A stretch of 64,000 nt of DNA from NCBI GenBank assembly GCA_963805085.1, contig CAWDTA010000005.1, positions 480,001 through 544,000 of the forward strand. Reading direction: 5' to 3'. The notes beneath the pieces were generated by a model. It saw only the letters and a list, made by a program, of their open reading frames with translations, did not search any database and was not told the origin of the DNA. Origin of the DNA: an uncultured Veillonellaceae bacterium (GTDB taxonomy: Bacteria; Bacillota; Negativicutes; JARBTT01). The translations under genes and the position numbers were made by a program. This document shows, in pieces, positions 10,230 through 20,652 of the stretch (positions are counted from its first letter, which is position 1; each line of letters opens with the position of its first letter).

Positions 10230-11216
10230 TTACAAATCATTTACAACGTTTTCTGGTTGTTCACCTTTAAGAGTTCGTTGAATATTTTCAATCGCTTTTC
10301 CGAGCATCATTTGGAAACTGCTAACGGTGACGCCACCCATATGTGGTGTAATCAATAGCTTATCCTGAGCTATTGTTGAAAGATTCAATAAAGGATGCGT
10401 ATCTGGTAATGGCTCTGGTGCCATTACATCAATGGCTGCGCCAGCAATTTGTCCAGATTCTAAGGCATCAGCCAAGGCAATTTGATCGATAATCTCGCCC
10501 CGTGCGGTATTGATTATCAGACAACTTGGCTTCATCTGTGTAAATTCATGTGTACCAATCAGGCCTCTAGTATCATCCGTTAATGGTGTATGGATACTAA
10601 TGATGTCACTGCTAGAGATTAGAAGATCCAGCGGTTTATAATGGATGCCTAGCTCAGCTTCGATAGCGGCAGATTTACGGGTACGACTATAATAACTAAC
10701 GGACGCACCTAGAAAACTAAGCATCTTGGCAACCTCACCACCGATTAAACCAGCCCCGATTAGACCGATGGAACTGCCAGCTATTTCGGTCATGCCTTGC
10801 TGAAATAAGTGCTGTCTGACTTTGGTATAATGCCCTTTTTTAGTTTCCCGATCCGCGATAGCCAGACTGCGCTGTAATGCAATGATTAATCCAAGTGTAT
10901 ATTCAGCTACCGTATGGGCATTCTGTCCAGGCACATTGGCAACCTGTATTCCCAGCTGTTTTGCAGTTTTGGTATCTACGCCATCGTAGCCAGCCCCGGC
11001 TGACTGGATCAGCTTGATGTGAGCAATATTTTTCAGAACAGTGGCATTGATATTTTTTGTAGCTGCTGGTATTAACAAGCATTCTGCTTCACGGCAAGCT
11101 ATAATTAAATCCTCAACGTTGGGTGAATTGATAAATTTGACATGCCAGTTTTCTGGGATGTCGATTTTTGCTGCCTCAAATCTCCATTTAGGCATCATAC
11201 TAGCAATGATTGACAT
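10230..11216 (-). CDS. D-isomer-specific 2-hydroxyacid dehydrogenase
   Basis: GLIGAGLIG Rossmann motif, INTARG, GAAIDV..PEP, ITPHMGG. ATG 11216 follows AGGAGG. Confidence 0.9.
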   Translation of the reverse strand: MSIIASMMPKWRFEAAKIDIPENWHVKFINSPNVEDLIIACREAECLLIPAATKNINATVLKNIAHIKLIQSAGAGYDGVDTKTAKQLGIQVANVPGQNAHTVAEYTLGLIIALQRSLAIADRETKKGHYTKVRQHLFQQGMTEIAGSSIGLIGAGLIGGEVAKMLSFLGASVSYYSRTRKSAAIEAELGIHYKPLDLLISSSDIISIHTPLTDDTRGLIGTHEFTQMKPSCLIINTARGEIIDQIALADALESGQIAGAAIDVMAPEPLPDTHPLLNLSTIAQDKLLITPHMGGVTVSSFQMMLGKAIENIQRTLKGEQPENVVNDL

Positions 11217-11447
11217 AAAAAGCCCCCCTCCTAAAAATAAGGCCATTATAGCATGTTTTTTAGGAGAATTTGTAGCTTTTTTCTAGAAATAAAGTATACA
11301 TAAGTGTTATTTGCAGAGAGACTCATAAAATCATCAGTTTTTTATGGTAAAAGTATTTAAAAATTACAGTTTATGTAATATAATGTATATGTGTCGTGTC
11401 ATAACATTCATTAATATAATTATCAATTATATATATTATCAGATAAG

Positions 11448-13250
11448 GTGGTTATCGTAATGCATATATTAAATTCTGTAAAGGGAAGGCTTGTCCTTCT
11501 ATTTGTAGCAATCAGTACACTTTCTATAGTACTCGTTGGTGCATATTTTATTTTTTCGACCATCCAAAATAACAACCAAGCCAATGTATTATACCAAAAA
11601 AACTTAAATGACCAATTTGATCGCGAGCTTAGGTTACAAACAGAAGGATTAGTTAGTTCGTTAGATGCAATCTATAATGAACAAAAAGCTGGTAAGATCA
11701 CAGAAGAACATGCCAAACAGCAGGCAATTGATGTCATTAAAGCAGTAAAATACGATGACTATGGTTATTTCTTTGCCGATAATTTAGACGGTGTCTGTGT
11801 TGCTCATGCGACTTTAGGTAAAAAGGTTGAAGGCAAAAATCGTTTAAACGACAAAGATAGCCAAGGCGTCTACTATATGCAAGAAATTTTTAAAGCAGCC
11901 AAACAAGAGGGCGGCGGCTACAGTAATTTTTCTTTTCCAAAACCCAATGAAACGCAGGATTTACCCAAACGTGGATTTTCTATGCTCTTTAAGCCATATG
12001 GCTGGGTAATTGCAACTGGTGCTTGGGTTGATCACATTGATGGTTTGGCTAAAAAGCATAAAGAAGAAACGGAAAAAGAAGTCTATCATCAAATTTTTGT
12101 TTCCTTCGTAATTTTAGTAGTAATTCAAATTTTTATTGCTTTTCTAGCGATTTATCTTGCAAAAAATTTTTCCGAGCCAATCATTACCGCTACCCGTCAT
12201 CTTCAAAAATTTGCCACGGGGGATTTTTCTAGCAATGGTGAAGTGAACTTATTTGGTGATCGCAAAGATGAATTCGGGGCAATGGACCAAGCATTTAGAG
12301 AATTGACAAACAATATGAATAAATTGATTCATACCATTCATCATTCAGCTGGACAAGTTACGGAAGATGCAACACAATTAAGCCTTAGTGCGGAGCAATC
12401 TGCTGCGGTCAGCAATCAAATTGCACAGTCGATCACTGATGTTGCTGCTGTGACGAATAAACAGCTTCTTGCTGTAGACTCTGCTACAAAAGTTATTGAA
12501 CAATTGTCTGCCAGTATGGAAGAAGTTACAGCAAATGCTATCGAATCGGCCGATCATGCAATGAGAGCTACAACGACTGCCCAGGATGGAACAAAGGTGA
12601 TCGAAAATGCTGTTCAGCAAATGCAACTCATCGAAAAAGCAGTAAACAATTCTGCCCGTGTAATTTGCAAACTCGGTGAACGTTCACAAGAAATTGGACA
12701 GATCGTCGATACGATTTCTGGTATCGCTGGTCAAACCAATCTATTAGCGTTAAATGCCGCAATTGAAGCAGCTCGTGCAGGTGAACAAGGGCGTGGATTT
12801 GCTGTAGTTGCCGAAGAAGTGAGAAAACTTGCCGAGCAGTCACAAGTAGCTACTGAAAAAATTGCTACCCTTATCGGCGAAATTCAGACAGATACCGAGC
12901 AAGCTGTTGTCACGATGAATGAAGGCACAAAGGAAGTTGAAATGGGTGCAACTGTTGTTGATACGGCAGGTAAATCTTTTATGGAAATCGTAGAGCTTGT
13001 TGATAACGTTGCAAAACAATCCCAAAACATAGCAGTCAATATTCAAGAAATGGCAGATCACACTGAAAAAATTGTTACCTCTATTCAAGACATTGATAAG
13101 ATGAACAAAAATGTCGTAACTGATTCTGAAACTGTATCGGCAGCGACAGAAGAACAAGCTTCATCTGTCGAAGAAATGAGTAGCGCCAGTAAAGAACTTG
13201 CTGATATGGCACAAGCATTACAGGATGCGATTCAAAAATTTAGAATTTAA
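11448..13250 (+). CDS. Methyl-accepting chemotaxis protein with Cache sensor (start likely 11460)
   Basis: Two TM segments, GYFFA...W(V/I)IATG Cache-like domain, [41 protein letters not shown]. Confidence 0.95.
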   Translation: MVIVMHILNSVKGRLVLLFVAISTLSIVLVGAYFIFSTIQNNNQANVLYQKNLNDQFDRELRLQTEGLVSSLDAIYNEQKAGKITEEHAKQQAIDVIKAVKYDDYGYFFADNLDGVCVAHATLGKKVEGKNRLNDKDSQGVYYMQEIFKAAKQEGGGYSNFSFPKPNETQDLPKRGFSMLFKPYGWVIATGAWVDHIDGLAKKHKEETEKEVYHQIFVSFVILVVIQIFIAFLAIYLAKNFSEPIITATRHLQKFATGDFSSNGEVNLFGDRKDEFGAMDQAFRELTNNMNKLIHTIHHSAGQVTEDATQLSLSAEQSAAVSNQIAQSITDVAAVTNKQLLAVDSATKVIEQLSASMEEVTANAIESADHAMRATTTAQDGTKVIENAVQQMQLIEKAVNNSARVICKLGERSQEIGQIVDTISGIAGQTNLLALNAAIEAARAGEQGRGFAVVAEEVRKLAEQSQVATEKIATLIGEIQTDTEQAVVTMNEGTKEVEMGATVVDTAGKSFMEIVELVDNVAKQSQNIAVNIQEMADHTEKIVTSIQDIDKMNKNVVTDSETVSAATEEQASSVEEMSSASKELADMAQALQDAIQKFRI

Positions 13251-13259
13251 CTCTACATA

Positions 13260-13302
13260 CTAACAGCTCCTATCAAATTTTATGATAGGAGCTGTTAGTT
13301 TT
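13260..13302 (+). terminator. Intrinsic terminator
   Basis: ctaacagctcctatca...tgataggagctgttag followed by tttt. Confidence 0.8.
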
Positions 13303-13516
13303 ATAAAGGAGTATGAGGTTAGTGGCGGTAATTTGGCTAATCATAATAAGGATTTTTACTTTTGGAGTATAAGTTCTTACAAATTATCTTTTAAAGGGGA
13401 AGGAACTTTATTTTTTTATGTAGAAATATATTAAGTACAAATAAATTAATAATAATGTAGGACGTTATATAAAAGAGAAGATTATTTATATTGTGATAAA
13501 GGAGGGACGAGAAAGT

Positions 13517-13921
13517 ATGGAGCTTGCTAGTTGCCCTATATGTGGAAAGTTATATATGAAGAGTGCCATTGAAATGTGTCCGAGTTGTTTGGCACAAGAA
13601 GAAGAAAATGAGGCAATCGTTGCTGAATATGTTAGAACGCATCATCGCTGCACCATCGAAGAAGTTCATAAAGTTACGGGAATCAAGGAAATCGTTATCT
13701 ATCGTATGATTGAGAGTGGTCATCTCCAAGAATGCGAAAATTTATATTATCCTTGTGATCAATGTAAGAAAATTATTAACAAAGGACGTTTATGTAAAAC
13801 ATGTATGGAATCTTTTCTAGACCAAGTAAAAGAGATGAAGTCTAAAGATGAAAATGTGGAAAAAAGAAAAAATGGGTACCAATCGGCCGGAATGTATACT
13901 AAAAAATATGATAATTATTAA
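13517..13921 (+). CDS. YvyF-like flagellar operon protein (zinc-ribbon motifs)
   Basis: CPICGKLY...CPSC, EEVHKVTGI HTH-like segment, YPCDQC...GRLCKTC. Confidence 0.75.
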   Translation: MELASCPICGKLYMKSAIEMCPSCLAQEEENEAIVAEYVRTHHRCTIEEVHKVTGIKEIVIYRMIESGHLQECENLYYPCDQCKKIINKGRLCKTCMESFLDQVKEMKSKDENVEKRKNGYQSAGMYTKKYDNY

Positions 13922-14057
13922 TGGTCGTCTTCTTCCATCAGCTATCGAAAAAATCCTCTGAACTAGTGATGCTTTAAAATTATTTTGACGGTATGATCGT
14001 TCCTTATTGCTTATTGCATACATATTATGTAATAAAGCAATTTGAGGAGGACTCGTA

Positions 14058-14882
14058 GTGGATATATTTTGTCGAGAAGTAAAGCCGTATGAGTGTCTTA
14101 ATATGAAGCGCGTGCAGTTTTGGCTTCAAATAATGAAGGAACATGCCTTATTCATGAAGCTAGGCTTTGCTTGCTCCGATAAGGAGCTTATTTGTCAAGC
14201 AGAAGAATTCTATCAAACTTTTGAAAAACTTGAAAAACATTCACGCAATATAGAATGTGATGAAGAGTTTATGACCTTTGTTAGTAAGATTTTGGTTACG
14301 GTAAAAAATATATTTGCTTTTAAACGTCATGTTTTACATCTACTGATCGAATGTCAAATTGGAGGCTATAATTATCCTTTGTTGATTGACCATATTTCTC
14401 GTGAAGCTATGTATTTTTTGAAACTTCTCCAGAAACTTCAGGATGGTGAGATGAAACATCCCGTTGATTCGATCGTTAGTGACAACGTTTTTTGGCTCAG
14501 GCATATGGCAGACCATGCTAGATTTATCGTAGGCTTACTGGATCCTTCAGAAAGAGGCTTTGTTGAAAAAGCAAATGCCCTTGCAGTTCAGTTTGAACAA
14601 TTACAACTTCAAGCGCGTGACCTTGACAGTATGCTGTGGCATTTCTGTCCCAATAATGATCTTATTCGGTTTGAAAAAGATGTAAAGCAAGCAACGATTC
14701 AAATTCGAGATTTTAAACAGACTGCTAGAGATTTAATCTCCTCTTGCCAAGTGATATCTTTGATTCCGCCGTTATTAGCAGATCATGTACTTCGAGAAGC
14801 GGAATACTTCTTAGAAGTTCTCGAACAAATACAGCGTGACATTCCAAATATGGATGGACAGATACTTACCTGTGATTACTAA
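14058..14882 (+). CDS. DUF2935 domain protein
   Basis: Duplicated FWLQIMKEHALF / FWLRHMADHARF and PLLIDHISREA / PLLADHVLREA motifs. Confidence 0.8.
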   Translation: MDIFCREVKPYECLNMKRVQFWLQIMKEHALFMKLGFACSDKELICQAEEFYQTFEKLEKHSRNIECDEEFMTFVSKILVTVKNIFAFKRHVLHLLIECQIGGYNYPLLIDHISREAMYFLKLLQKLQDGEMKHPVDSIVSDNVFWLRHMADHARFIVGLLDPSERGFVEKANALAVQFEQLQLQARDLDSMLWHFCPNNDLIRFEKDVKQATIQIRDFKQTARDLISSCQVISLIPPLLADHVLREAEYFLEVLEQIQRDIPNMDGQILTCDY

Positions 14883-14995
14883 TTTTAATAATGAAACTGG
14901 ATTTTTGTAATTCAAAAGTAAGTCATCAACAATTAAATTTGCTGATGACTTGTTAATTTAGACGAAATAAAAATCATTCAAAGGGAAATGAAAAA

Positions 14996-15796
14996 ATGGA
15001 ACTTAAGAAAAAAATTACGAGTATGATTCAGAACTATATTTGTGAATATCAGAGAAATTCGGACATTACATCTAAGTGGGGTGAACCATTAGTGGGATTT
15101 GCTGATGCAAAGCATCCAGATGTTTTTAAACTAAAGGAGCTTATTTCAGAGCAGCATGTTATGCCTAGTGAGGTAATACAAGAGCCAACAATTATTATCG
15201 CTTATTTTGTTCCTTTTACAAAGGAGCTTGCAGATACCAATAAAGTAACTAGGGATTCGGCATCGCCGGAGTGGGCCCGTACCTATGAAGAAACAAATGC
15301 GATGTTTGGAAAATTGAATCAGCATTTAATTGAAGAATTAAAGAAAATGGGCTATGAGGCAGGAATTTCAAAAGAGGCAACAACCTTTGATCGAAAAAGT
15401 TTAATCAGCCATTGGTCGCAACGTCATATTGCAAGAATTGCAGGACTTGGAACCTTTGGCATCAATAATATGTTGATTAGCAAGAAAGGTTGTTGTGGGC
15501 GTTATAGTACAGTAGTTACGAATTTAAATGTAGTGCCAGATAAACCTATGGAAGAGGAGTATTGCCTGTATAAAAGTAAAGGAATATGTGGTGTATGTGT
15601 AAAACATTGTCCTTCAGGAGCATTAAATTTTGAAGGATATGACAGAAAGAAGTGTTTTCAGGTCTGCCTAAAAAATGCAGAGCTTTATAAAGACTTTGGT
15701 AGTTCTTATCTAGAGCAAACAGGAACGAGTGCGAATAGTGCTGGCAGCGAAGTATGCGGAAAATGTGTCGTAAACGTACCGTGCTCGTTTAAGTAA
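14996..15796 (+). CDS. QueG-like (epoxyqueuosine reductase superfamily) 4Fe-4S protein
   Basis: WSQRHIARIAGLGTFG, CGVCVKHCP, CGKC motifs. Confidence 0.8.
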   Translation: MELKKKITSMIQNYICEYQRNSDITSKWGEPLVGFADAKHPDVFKLKELISEQHVMPSEVIQEPTIIIAYFVPFTKELADTNKVTRDSASPEWARTYEETNAMFGKLNQHLIEELKKMGYEAGISKEATTFDRKSLISHWSQRHIARIAGLGTFGINNMLISKKGCCGRYSTVVTNLNVVPDKPMEEEYCLYKSKGICGVCVKHCPSGALNFEGYDRKKCFQVCLKNAELYKDFGSSYLEQTGTSANSAGSEVCGKCVVNVPCSFK

Positions 15797-15870
15797 GTGA
15801 TACATATAAAAATGTGGACAATCAGTGTTGTAGTCTTAGAATATATGTAAAGAATTTTTAATAGATAGAG

Positions 15871-16167
15871 GTGATTCGATTGTCTATTGAGATTAAAGGA
15901 TATTATAAATTGCCAGGAAATGCAGAACCGCAATTGGTCGATTTTGCGGTTCTGTTTGATACATCTTTTATGCGTAAATTTACACGGTATAAATCTTTTG
16001 AAAAATTTCTAGCCGGAGGGAAATTTAATATAACTTGTCAGCAAGATTTTGAATTGTTGCCAGAAGAACAGATGGATAAGCACGTGACGAAAAATACGAA
16101 TTTTTCCAGTTGGCAAGAAATGTTGGATTTTGCTACCGATAAATATATTTTGCGTAAAAATTTTTAG
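15871..16167 (+). CDS. Conserved hypothetical protein
   Basis: FMRKFTRYKSFEKFL...QQDFE...NTNFSSWQEML pattern, GTG start after AGAG(G). Confidence 0.65.
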   Translation: MIRLSIEIKGYYKLPGNAEPQLVDFAVLFDTSFMRKFTRYKSFEKFLAGGKFNITCQQDFELLPEEQMDKHVTKNTNFSSWQEMLDFATDKYILRKNF

Positions 16168-16293
16168 CCCAGAACCTAGAATAACGTTCCTATCTAACGA
16201 TTTCAATTCTTCGGATAGTGTAGCACTATTGGGGATATAATAGAGTTATCCGCATACACCGAAGATTATTATCACTAAGATGGAGGTCTATTC

Positions 16294-16866
16294 GTGGTCA
16301 AAAAGAATTGGTCGATATTTACAATCACTTCAATTTTTTTTATCGTACAAATCGCGATTATGATTGCACTAGATTATAAAGATCGCCACGATTATTTGCG
16401 AAGCGTCGCAGGAACTACCTGCTTTTGGATGGGATATACCTTCTTAGAGGTAAAGTATCATCTGAAGATGAACACCTATGTTCGCATTCTGATGGTGTTG
16501 ACCATTTTTTTTGACGCTTTATTCGGCTCTTATTTTGATCTTTATGCTTCTTCTTTTGTCTTTGATAAAGTACTTCATTTCTTTGGTACATATGCATTTT
16601 CATTATTTGCGTACATTTTGGTGATGCAAATGCAGACTACCCCAATAGACTGGCCAGTGAAATTTATCCTAGTGCTCTGCCTTGGGTTAAGTCTAGGAGT
16701 TTCTTATGAAATCTTAGAGTTTATTACTGATAGCATCTCACATCCCGTTCCACCAAGTCAGCCTAGTTTATTGGATACCGATATCGACCTCATAGGAGAT
16801 TTGATAGGAGCATCACTGGCTGCATTTCACGCGATTTCTAGAAAGTTCGTAAATAAAGAATTTTGA
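16294..16866 (+). CDS. Integral membrane protein (DUF2238/YjdF-like)
   Basis: Five to six TM segments, FDKVLHF, YEILEF and DTDIDL motifs. Confidence 0.65.
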   Translation: MVKKNWSIFTITSIFFIVQIAIMIALDYKDRHDYLRSVAGTTCFWMGYTFLEVKYHLKMNTYVRILMVLTIFFDALFGSYFDLYASSFVFDKVLHFFGTYAFSLFAYILVMQMQTTPIDWPVKFILVLCLGLSLGVSYEILEFITDSISHPVPPSQPSLLDTDIDLIGDLIGASLAAFHAISRKFVNKEF

Positions 16867-16904
16867 TCTTATGGGGATATCAATGTGCCTGATTTTATGC
16901 TTTT

Positions 16905-16955
16905 TAATAAAAAGTTCTTGCTAAAATATGTATGATTTTGGCAGGAACTTTATTT
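16905..16955 (+). repeat. Hairpin repeat family 3; terminator
   Basis: taataaaaagttcttgctaa...ttggcaggaactttattt. Confidence 0.75.
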
Positions 16956-17044
16956 GTTATGGGGAAATGTAATCTTAATAGAAATTTGTCGTGTATGAGT
17001 AAAATGAAATACGAAGGCTCGGACATTTCTTTAGGAGGTTTATC

Positions 17045-17665
17045 ATGAACTATATATTACATAAACAAACACAGTTATATAGATTTTTAAATTATTGTAA
17101 TGAATGCAATTTAGAAAAAGTTGTATTGGATTGTGGAGCAGGAGGAAGCTATCCGCCACTAGCTATTTTTGCAGAACATGGATATAAAACTTATGGAATT
17201 GAACTAAATGAAGTACAAATAAAAAAAGCCCAAAGTTTTTCAAAGAAAAATAATCTTCAGCTAAGTATTTGTAAGGGAGATATGCGTAAGCTTCCTTTTG
17301 CAGATGAGTCAATTAGTTATATTTACTCTTATAATTCAATTTTTCATATGAAAAAAATTGATATTAAAAAAGCAATTAATGAAATAAAACGCGTGCTAAA
17401 ACCAAATGGCATCAGTTGTATAAATTTTCTGTCCATACAAGATGAAGGGTATGGCAGTGGTGAACGATTAGGAAAAGATGAATTTTTACAAATCGAAAGA
17501 GATGAGACCGTTATACATTCTTATTATGATATTGATGAAGCTGAGATGTATTTTAAAGATATGAAAATTATCTTTAAAGAAAATAGGGTTTTACATGTGA
17601 TACAGGAAGATAAAAAAATCATACAAGGCTATATTGACTATATTGTAAAAAAAACAGTGAAATAA
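17045..17665 (+). CDS. Class I SAM-dependent methyltransferase
   Basis: VLDCGAGG, GDMRKLPFADES, RVLKPNG motifs. Confidence 0.9.
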   Translation: MNYILHKQTQLYRFLNYCNECNLEKVVLDCGAGGSYPPLAIFAEHGYKTYGIELNEVQIKKAQSFSKKNNLQLSICKGDMRKLPFADESISYIYSYNSIFHMKKIDIKKAINEIKRVLKPNGISCINFLSIQDEGYGSGERLGKDEFLQIERDETVIHSYYDIDEAEMYFKDMKIIFKENRVLHVIQEDKKIIQGYIDYIVKKTVK

Positions 17666-17746
17666 GAGGATAACGTAAGTTTATCAATATTCAGATGTTA
17701 CTAAGCAGATAAAGTGCTAATTAAATAAAGCTGCAAGGAGGAGTTC

Positions 17747-18193
17747 ATGATGAAAGTATCACTAGTTGAAGAAGCAGTAAACAGGTTTAAGGAAGGTCTA
17801 TCGTGCTCGCAAGCGATATTTGTTACCTATGGAAAACACTATGGGATTGATGAAGAGATTGCAAAAACGATATCCAGTTCCTTTGGCGGTGGCATGTGCC
17901 GTACTTGCCAAACATGTGGGGCTGTAACTGGCGCATACATGGTTTTAGGCTTTATCAATCATGAGGATAATGAGAAATTGGCCAGGGAAAAGACATATGC
18001 TCTAGGTCAAGAATTCTCTAATAAATTTAATGAAATCCATGGAAGCGTAAACTGTCAACAGCTGACAGGCTGTGATCTTGGGACTACTGAGGGATGGGCG
18101 CGCTTTAAGACCAATAATCTTAGTCAGGAATGTATGGGATTTGTTAGAGATTCTGCACTCATTCTAGAAGAGTTAATTAAAGAACATGCGTAA
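17747..18193 (+). CDS. C-GCAxxG-C-C family putative redox protein
   Basis: CSQA...FGGGM...TCGAVTGA...NCQQL...C motif pattern. Confidence 0.85.
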   Translation: MMKVSLVEEAVNRFKEGLSCSQAIFVTYGKHYGIDEEIAKTISSSFGGGMCRTCQTCGAVTGAYMVLGFINHEDNEKLAREKTYALGQEFSNKFNEIHGSVNCQQLTGCDLGTTEGWARFKTNNLSQECMGFVRDSALILEELIKEHA

Positions 18194-18232
18194 TGTCCCC
18201 TAATGCCTAAAACGCAAAATTTAACAAAACAA

Positions 18233-18260
18233 AGAGCGTCATCATTCCTGATGACGCTCT
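18233..18260. terminator. Hairpin between convergent genes
   Basis: agagcgtcatca-ttcc-tgatgacgctct. Confidence 0.7.
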
Positions 18261-18304
18261 GATGAAATTATGTATTATTAATTTTCTTCCAAATAAAAAC
18301 TAGA

Positions 18305-18658
18305 TTAATCTCCAATTGGATCTTGAATTAAAGTAGCAACAACAAAATCGTGCTGATGACCATCAACTCTAGTGGTCGTTCCACTTACAAAATGCACGTG
18401 TTTTCCATCGCCAACAGGAGTTTCTAGCTCTGAACGAACGCAAATTTCATGAAAGTGGTCTTCATAAAAGTCTGTTCTTGTTTTTATCTCGTGTACGTGG
18501 TGATACCTTTCTATTGGGATGGCTGGGCCTGAAATCGCTGCAAAACGATGGTTATGAAAGTCTTCAGCATCTTCCTATGGCACGACTTTGACGCTTCCTA
18601 ATACTTCATGCACATGAAACTGCTGTTCTTCACAGTAACTTTTGGTATTTTCCTCCAT
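18305..18658 (-). pseudogene. YmaF-family His-rich protein with in-frame TAG at codon 28 (absent from the ORF track)
   Basis: Manual translation: MEENTKSYCEEQQFHVHEVLGSVKVVP*EDAEDFHNHRFAAISGPAIP...HVHEIKTRTDFYEDHFHEI...GKHVHFVSGTTTRVDGHQHDFVVATLIQDPIGD. RBS GGGAG. Confidence 0.8.
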
Positions 18659-18857
18659 TAATACACTCCCTTTTCTGCTAGTATGTTTTTATTTTATGTA
18701 CCTAAAATAAAGATATTACTTTAAAGTATGTGAGCTCTGCAAATTTTTTTCATGAATCGGTAGACCACATGAGAAGTAACTTTATTTTTAAAGTAAATAT
18801 CCCTAGCGACTCAATCTTGACCAATAAAATACAGTTTCGTATCTATATCATTGAAAG

Positions 18858-19979
18858 GTGTGGATCATGATGAAATCAGTTTATCTAAAAAAAGAAGAAT
18901 GTTGTGGGTGTAGCGCTTGTTATAGCATCTGCCCAACACAGGCAATTACCATGGAGCCGGATGAGGAAGGCTTTTTATATCCGAAAATTGATCAATCACG
19001 GTGTATTGATTGCCATAAATGTACCATGATCTGTCCATTCACCTATGACGGCAATTATAAAGAACTTACTACCCCACACTTTTATGCAGCACGCCATAAA
19101 GTGCTGGAGGTTTTACAAAAATCAACATCGGGCGGTGCCTTTACCGCTATTTCTGATGTGCTTCTCAGACAAGGTGGTGTCATCTATGGAGCCGATTATG
19201 ACCAAGAGTTTCATGTTCTGCATAAGCGAGCAGAAACCTACGCCCAGCGGGATCGGATGCGGATTTCTAAATATGTACAAAGTGATATGCGCGACACCTA
19301 TGCTCAAATTAAAGCAGACTTAGGTAGTGGGAAAAAGGTACTTTTCACTGGAACTCCATGTCAGGCAGCGGGACTCCGCGGCTTTATAGGCAATTCACCG
19401 CTTTCGGACAATCTGTATACATGTGATTTAATTTGCCATAGTATCCCGAGTCCACTCATTTGGGAAGATTATAAACGTTTGCTCGAAAAAGAAAATGGTG
19501 GAAAGATTACCAACGTACAATTTCGTTCCAAGAAATACGGTTGGCGAAAAAACGGTAATAAGGGATTTCTTTTTTCTACAGATAAAAGCCCCGAACTCCT
19601 CGAAGATGACCGCTTTTACGAGTTGTTTTTTCTAGTACGTGCCATCACACGTCCTTCTTGCTCACAGTGCCGTTTTACCGACATTCAACGTGCTTCCGAT
19701 TTGACCATTGCCGATTATTGGGGAATTGAAAAATATAGCGCAGAATGCTTTGATCCTCTTGGTGTTTCACTAATCATGGTGAATTCTCCTAAAGGAAGAG
19801 AGCTCTTTGAAGAGTGTCGACAAGATTTGATTGTAGAAGAACGTCCACAAGAAGAATCTCTTAACGAGCAAAGAAGGCTTAAAAAACCGTCACGCCTTCT
19901 TGAAAATCGTAGTACTTTTTGGTCAGATTACAAACAGTTCGGCTTGTCCTATGTATTGGAGAAGTATATAGAAAACTAG
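18858..19979 (+). CDS. 4Fe-4S / FrhB-like (F420 hydrogenase beta C-terminal domain) protein
   Basis: CCGCSACYSICP, CIDCHKCTMICP, STSGGAF, SKYVQS, FTGTPCQ, RPSCSQC, SDLTIADYWG. Confidence 0.85.
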   Translation: MWIMMKSVYLKKEECCGCSACYSICPTQAITMEPDEEGFLYPKIDQSRCIDCHKCTMICPFTYDGNYKELTTPHFYAARHKVLEVLQKSTSGGAFTAISDVLLRQGGVIYGADYDQEFHVLHKRAETYAQRDRMRISKYVQSDMRDTYAQIKADLGSGKKVLFTGTPCQAAGLRGFIGNSPLSDNLYTCDLICHSIPSPLIWEDYKRLLEKENGGKITNVQFRSKKYGWRKNGNKGFLFSTDKSPELLEDDRFYELFFLVRAITRPSCSQCRFTDIQRASDLTIADYWGIEKYSAECFDPLGVSLIMVNSPKGRELFEECRQDLIVEERPQEESLNEQRRLKKPSRLLENRSTFWSDYKQFGLSYVLEKYIEN

Positions 19980-20017
19980 TAGAATTCATGGGTTCAATAT
20001 ATATAGATATTGGATTG

Positions 20018-20086
20018 ATTTCATGCAAGCACTGAAATATTCAAAGAAGCAGTAAAGAAAACACCGCGGTGGGTTTAAGAAAAAAG
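20018..20086 (+). repeat. Direct repeat 1 of 2 flanking the 20158-20517 gene
   Basis: atttcatgcaagcactgaaatattcaaa-gaagcagtaaagaaaa compared with the copy at 20551. Confidence 0.8.
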
Positions 20087-20157
20087 CGATAAGCTAAATT
20101 TTATAAAGAAGAAATTTGTTGCGTGTGGTGTAACTTGTTTAATGGGAGGCTATAAAA

Positions 20158-20517
20158 TTGGGCACTTATGATAAAGATTTTTGGCAAGCATTAGATATGA
20201 TGTTAGAGAAATCTAAGTTGGTGATTGATCGACCGCAAGGAACTTGCCACCCGAAATATTCCAATATGAAGTATTTAGTCGATTATGGGTATTTACAAGG
20301 TACAGCATCAATGGATGGTGCTGGTATTGATGTTTGGCGAGGTAGTGATAAAGCTGGAAAGATTAACGCGGTGATGTGCATAGTTGATTTGATCAAGAAT
20401 GACTCAGAAATTAAGCTGTTATTAGATTGTACAGAAGAAGAAAAAAATAGTATTTATCATTTTCATAATCAAAGCAAGTATATGAAGGGGATTTTGATTA
20501 ATAGAGAGGTATTGTGA
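20158..20517 (+). CDS. Small inorganic pyrophosphatase-like protein
   Basis: IDRPQGTCHPKY...YLVDYGYLQGTASMDGAGIDVW, resembling the family I PPase YPxxYG..T...DG..D core. Confidence 0.75.
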   Translation: MGTYDKDFWQALDMMLEKSKLVIDRPQGTCHPKYSNMKYLVDYGYLQGTASMDGAGIDVWRGSDKAGKINAVMCIVDLIKNDSEIKLLLDCTEEEKNSIYHFHNQSKYMKGILINREVL

Positions 20518-20550
20518 GACAAAATATTATTTTTACGATAAATAATCAAT

Positions 20551-20621
20551 ATTTCATGTAGACACTGAAATATTCAAACGAAGCAGTAAAGAAAATGGCG
20601 CAGTGTTTTTAGAAGAAAAAG
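20551..20621 (+). repeat. Direct repeat 2 of 2
   Basis: atttcatgtagacactgaaatattcaaacgaagcagtaaagaaaa. Confidence 0.8.
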
Positions 20622-20652
20622 AAATAGGAGCAATAGTAAGGAGTAAAAGTAG

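Noticed and set aside
15833-15852. dif-like sequence tcttagaatatatgtaaag
   Set aside because: Spacing does not fit the 11-6-11 XerC/XerD layout, so this is likely AT-rich coincidence.
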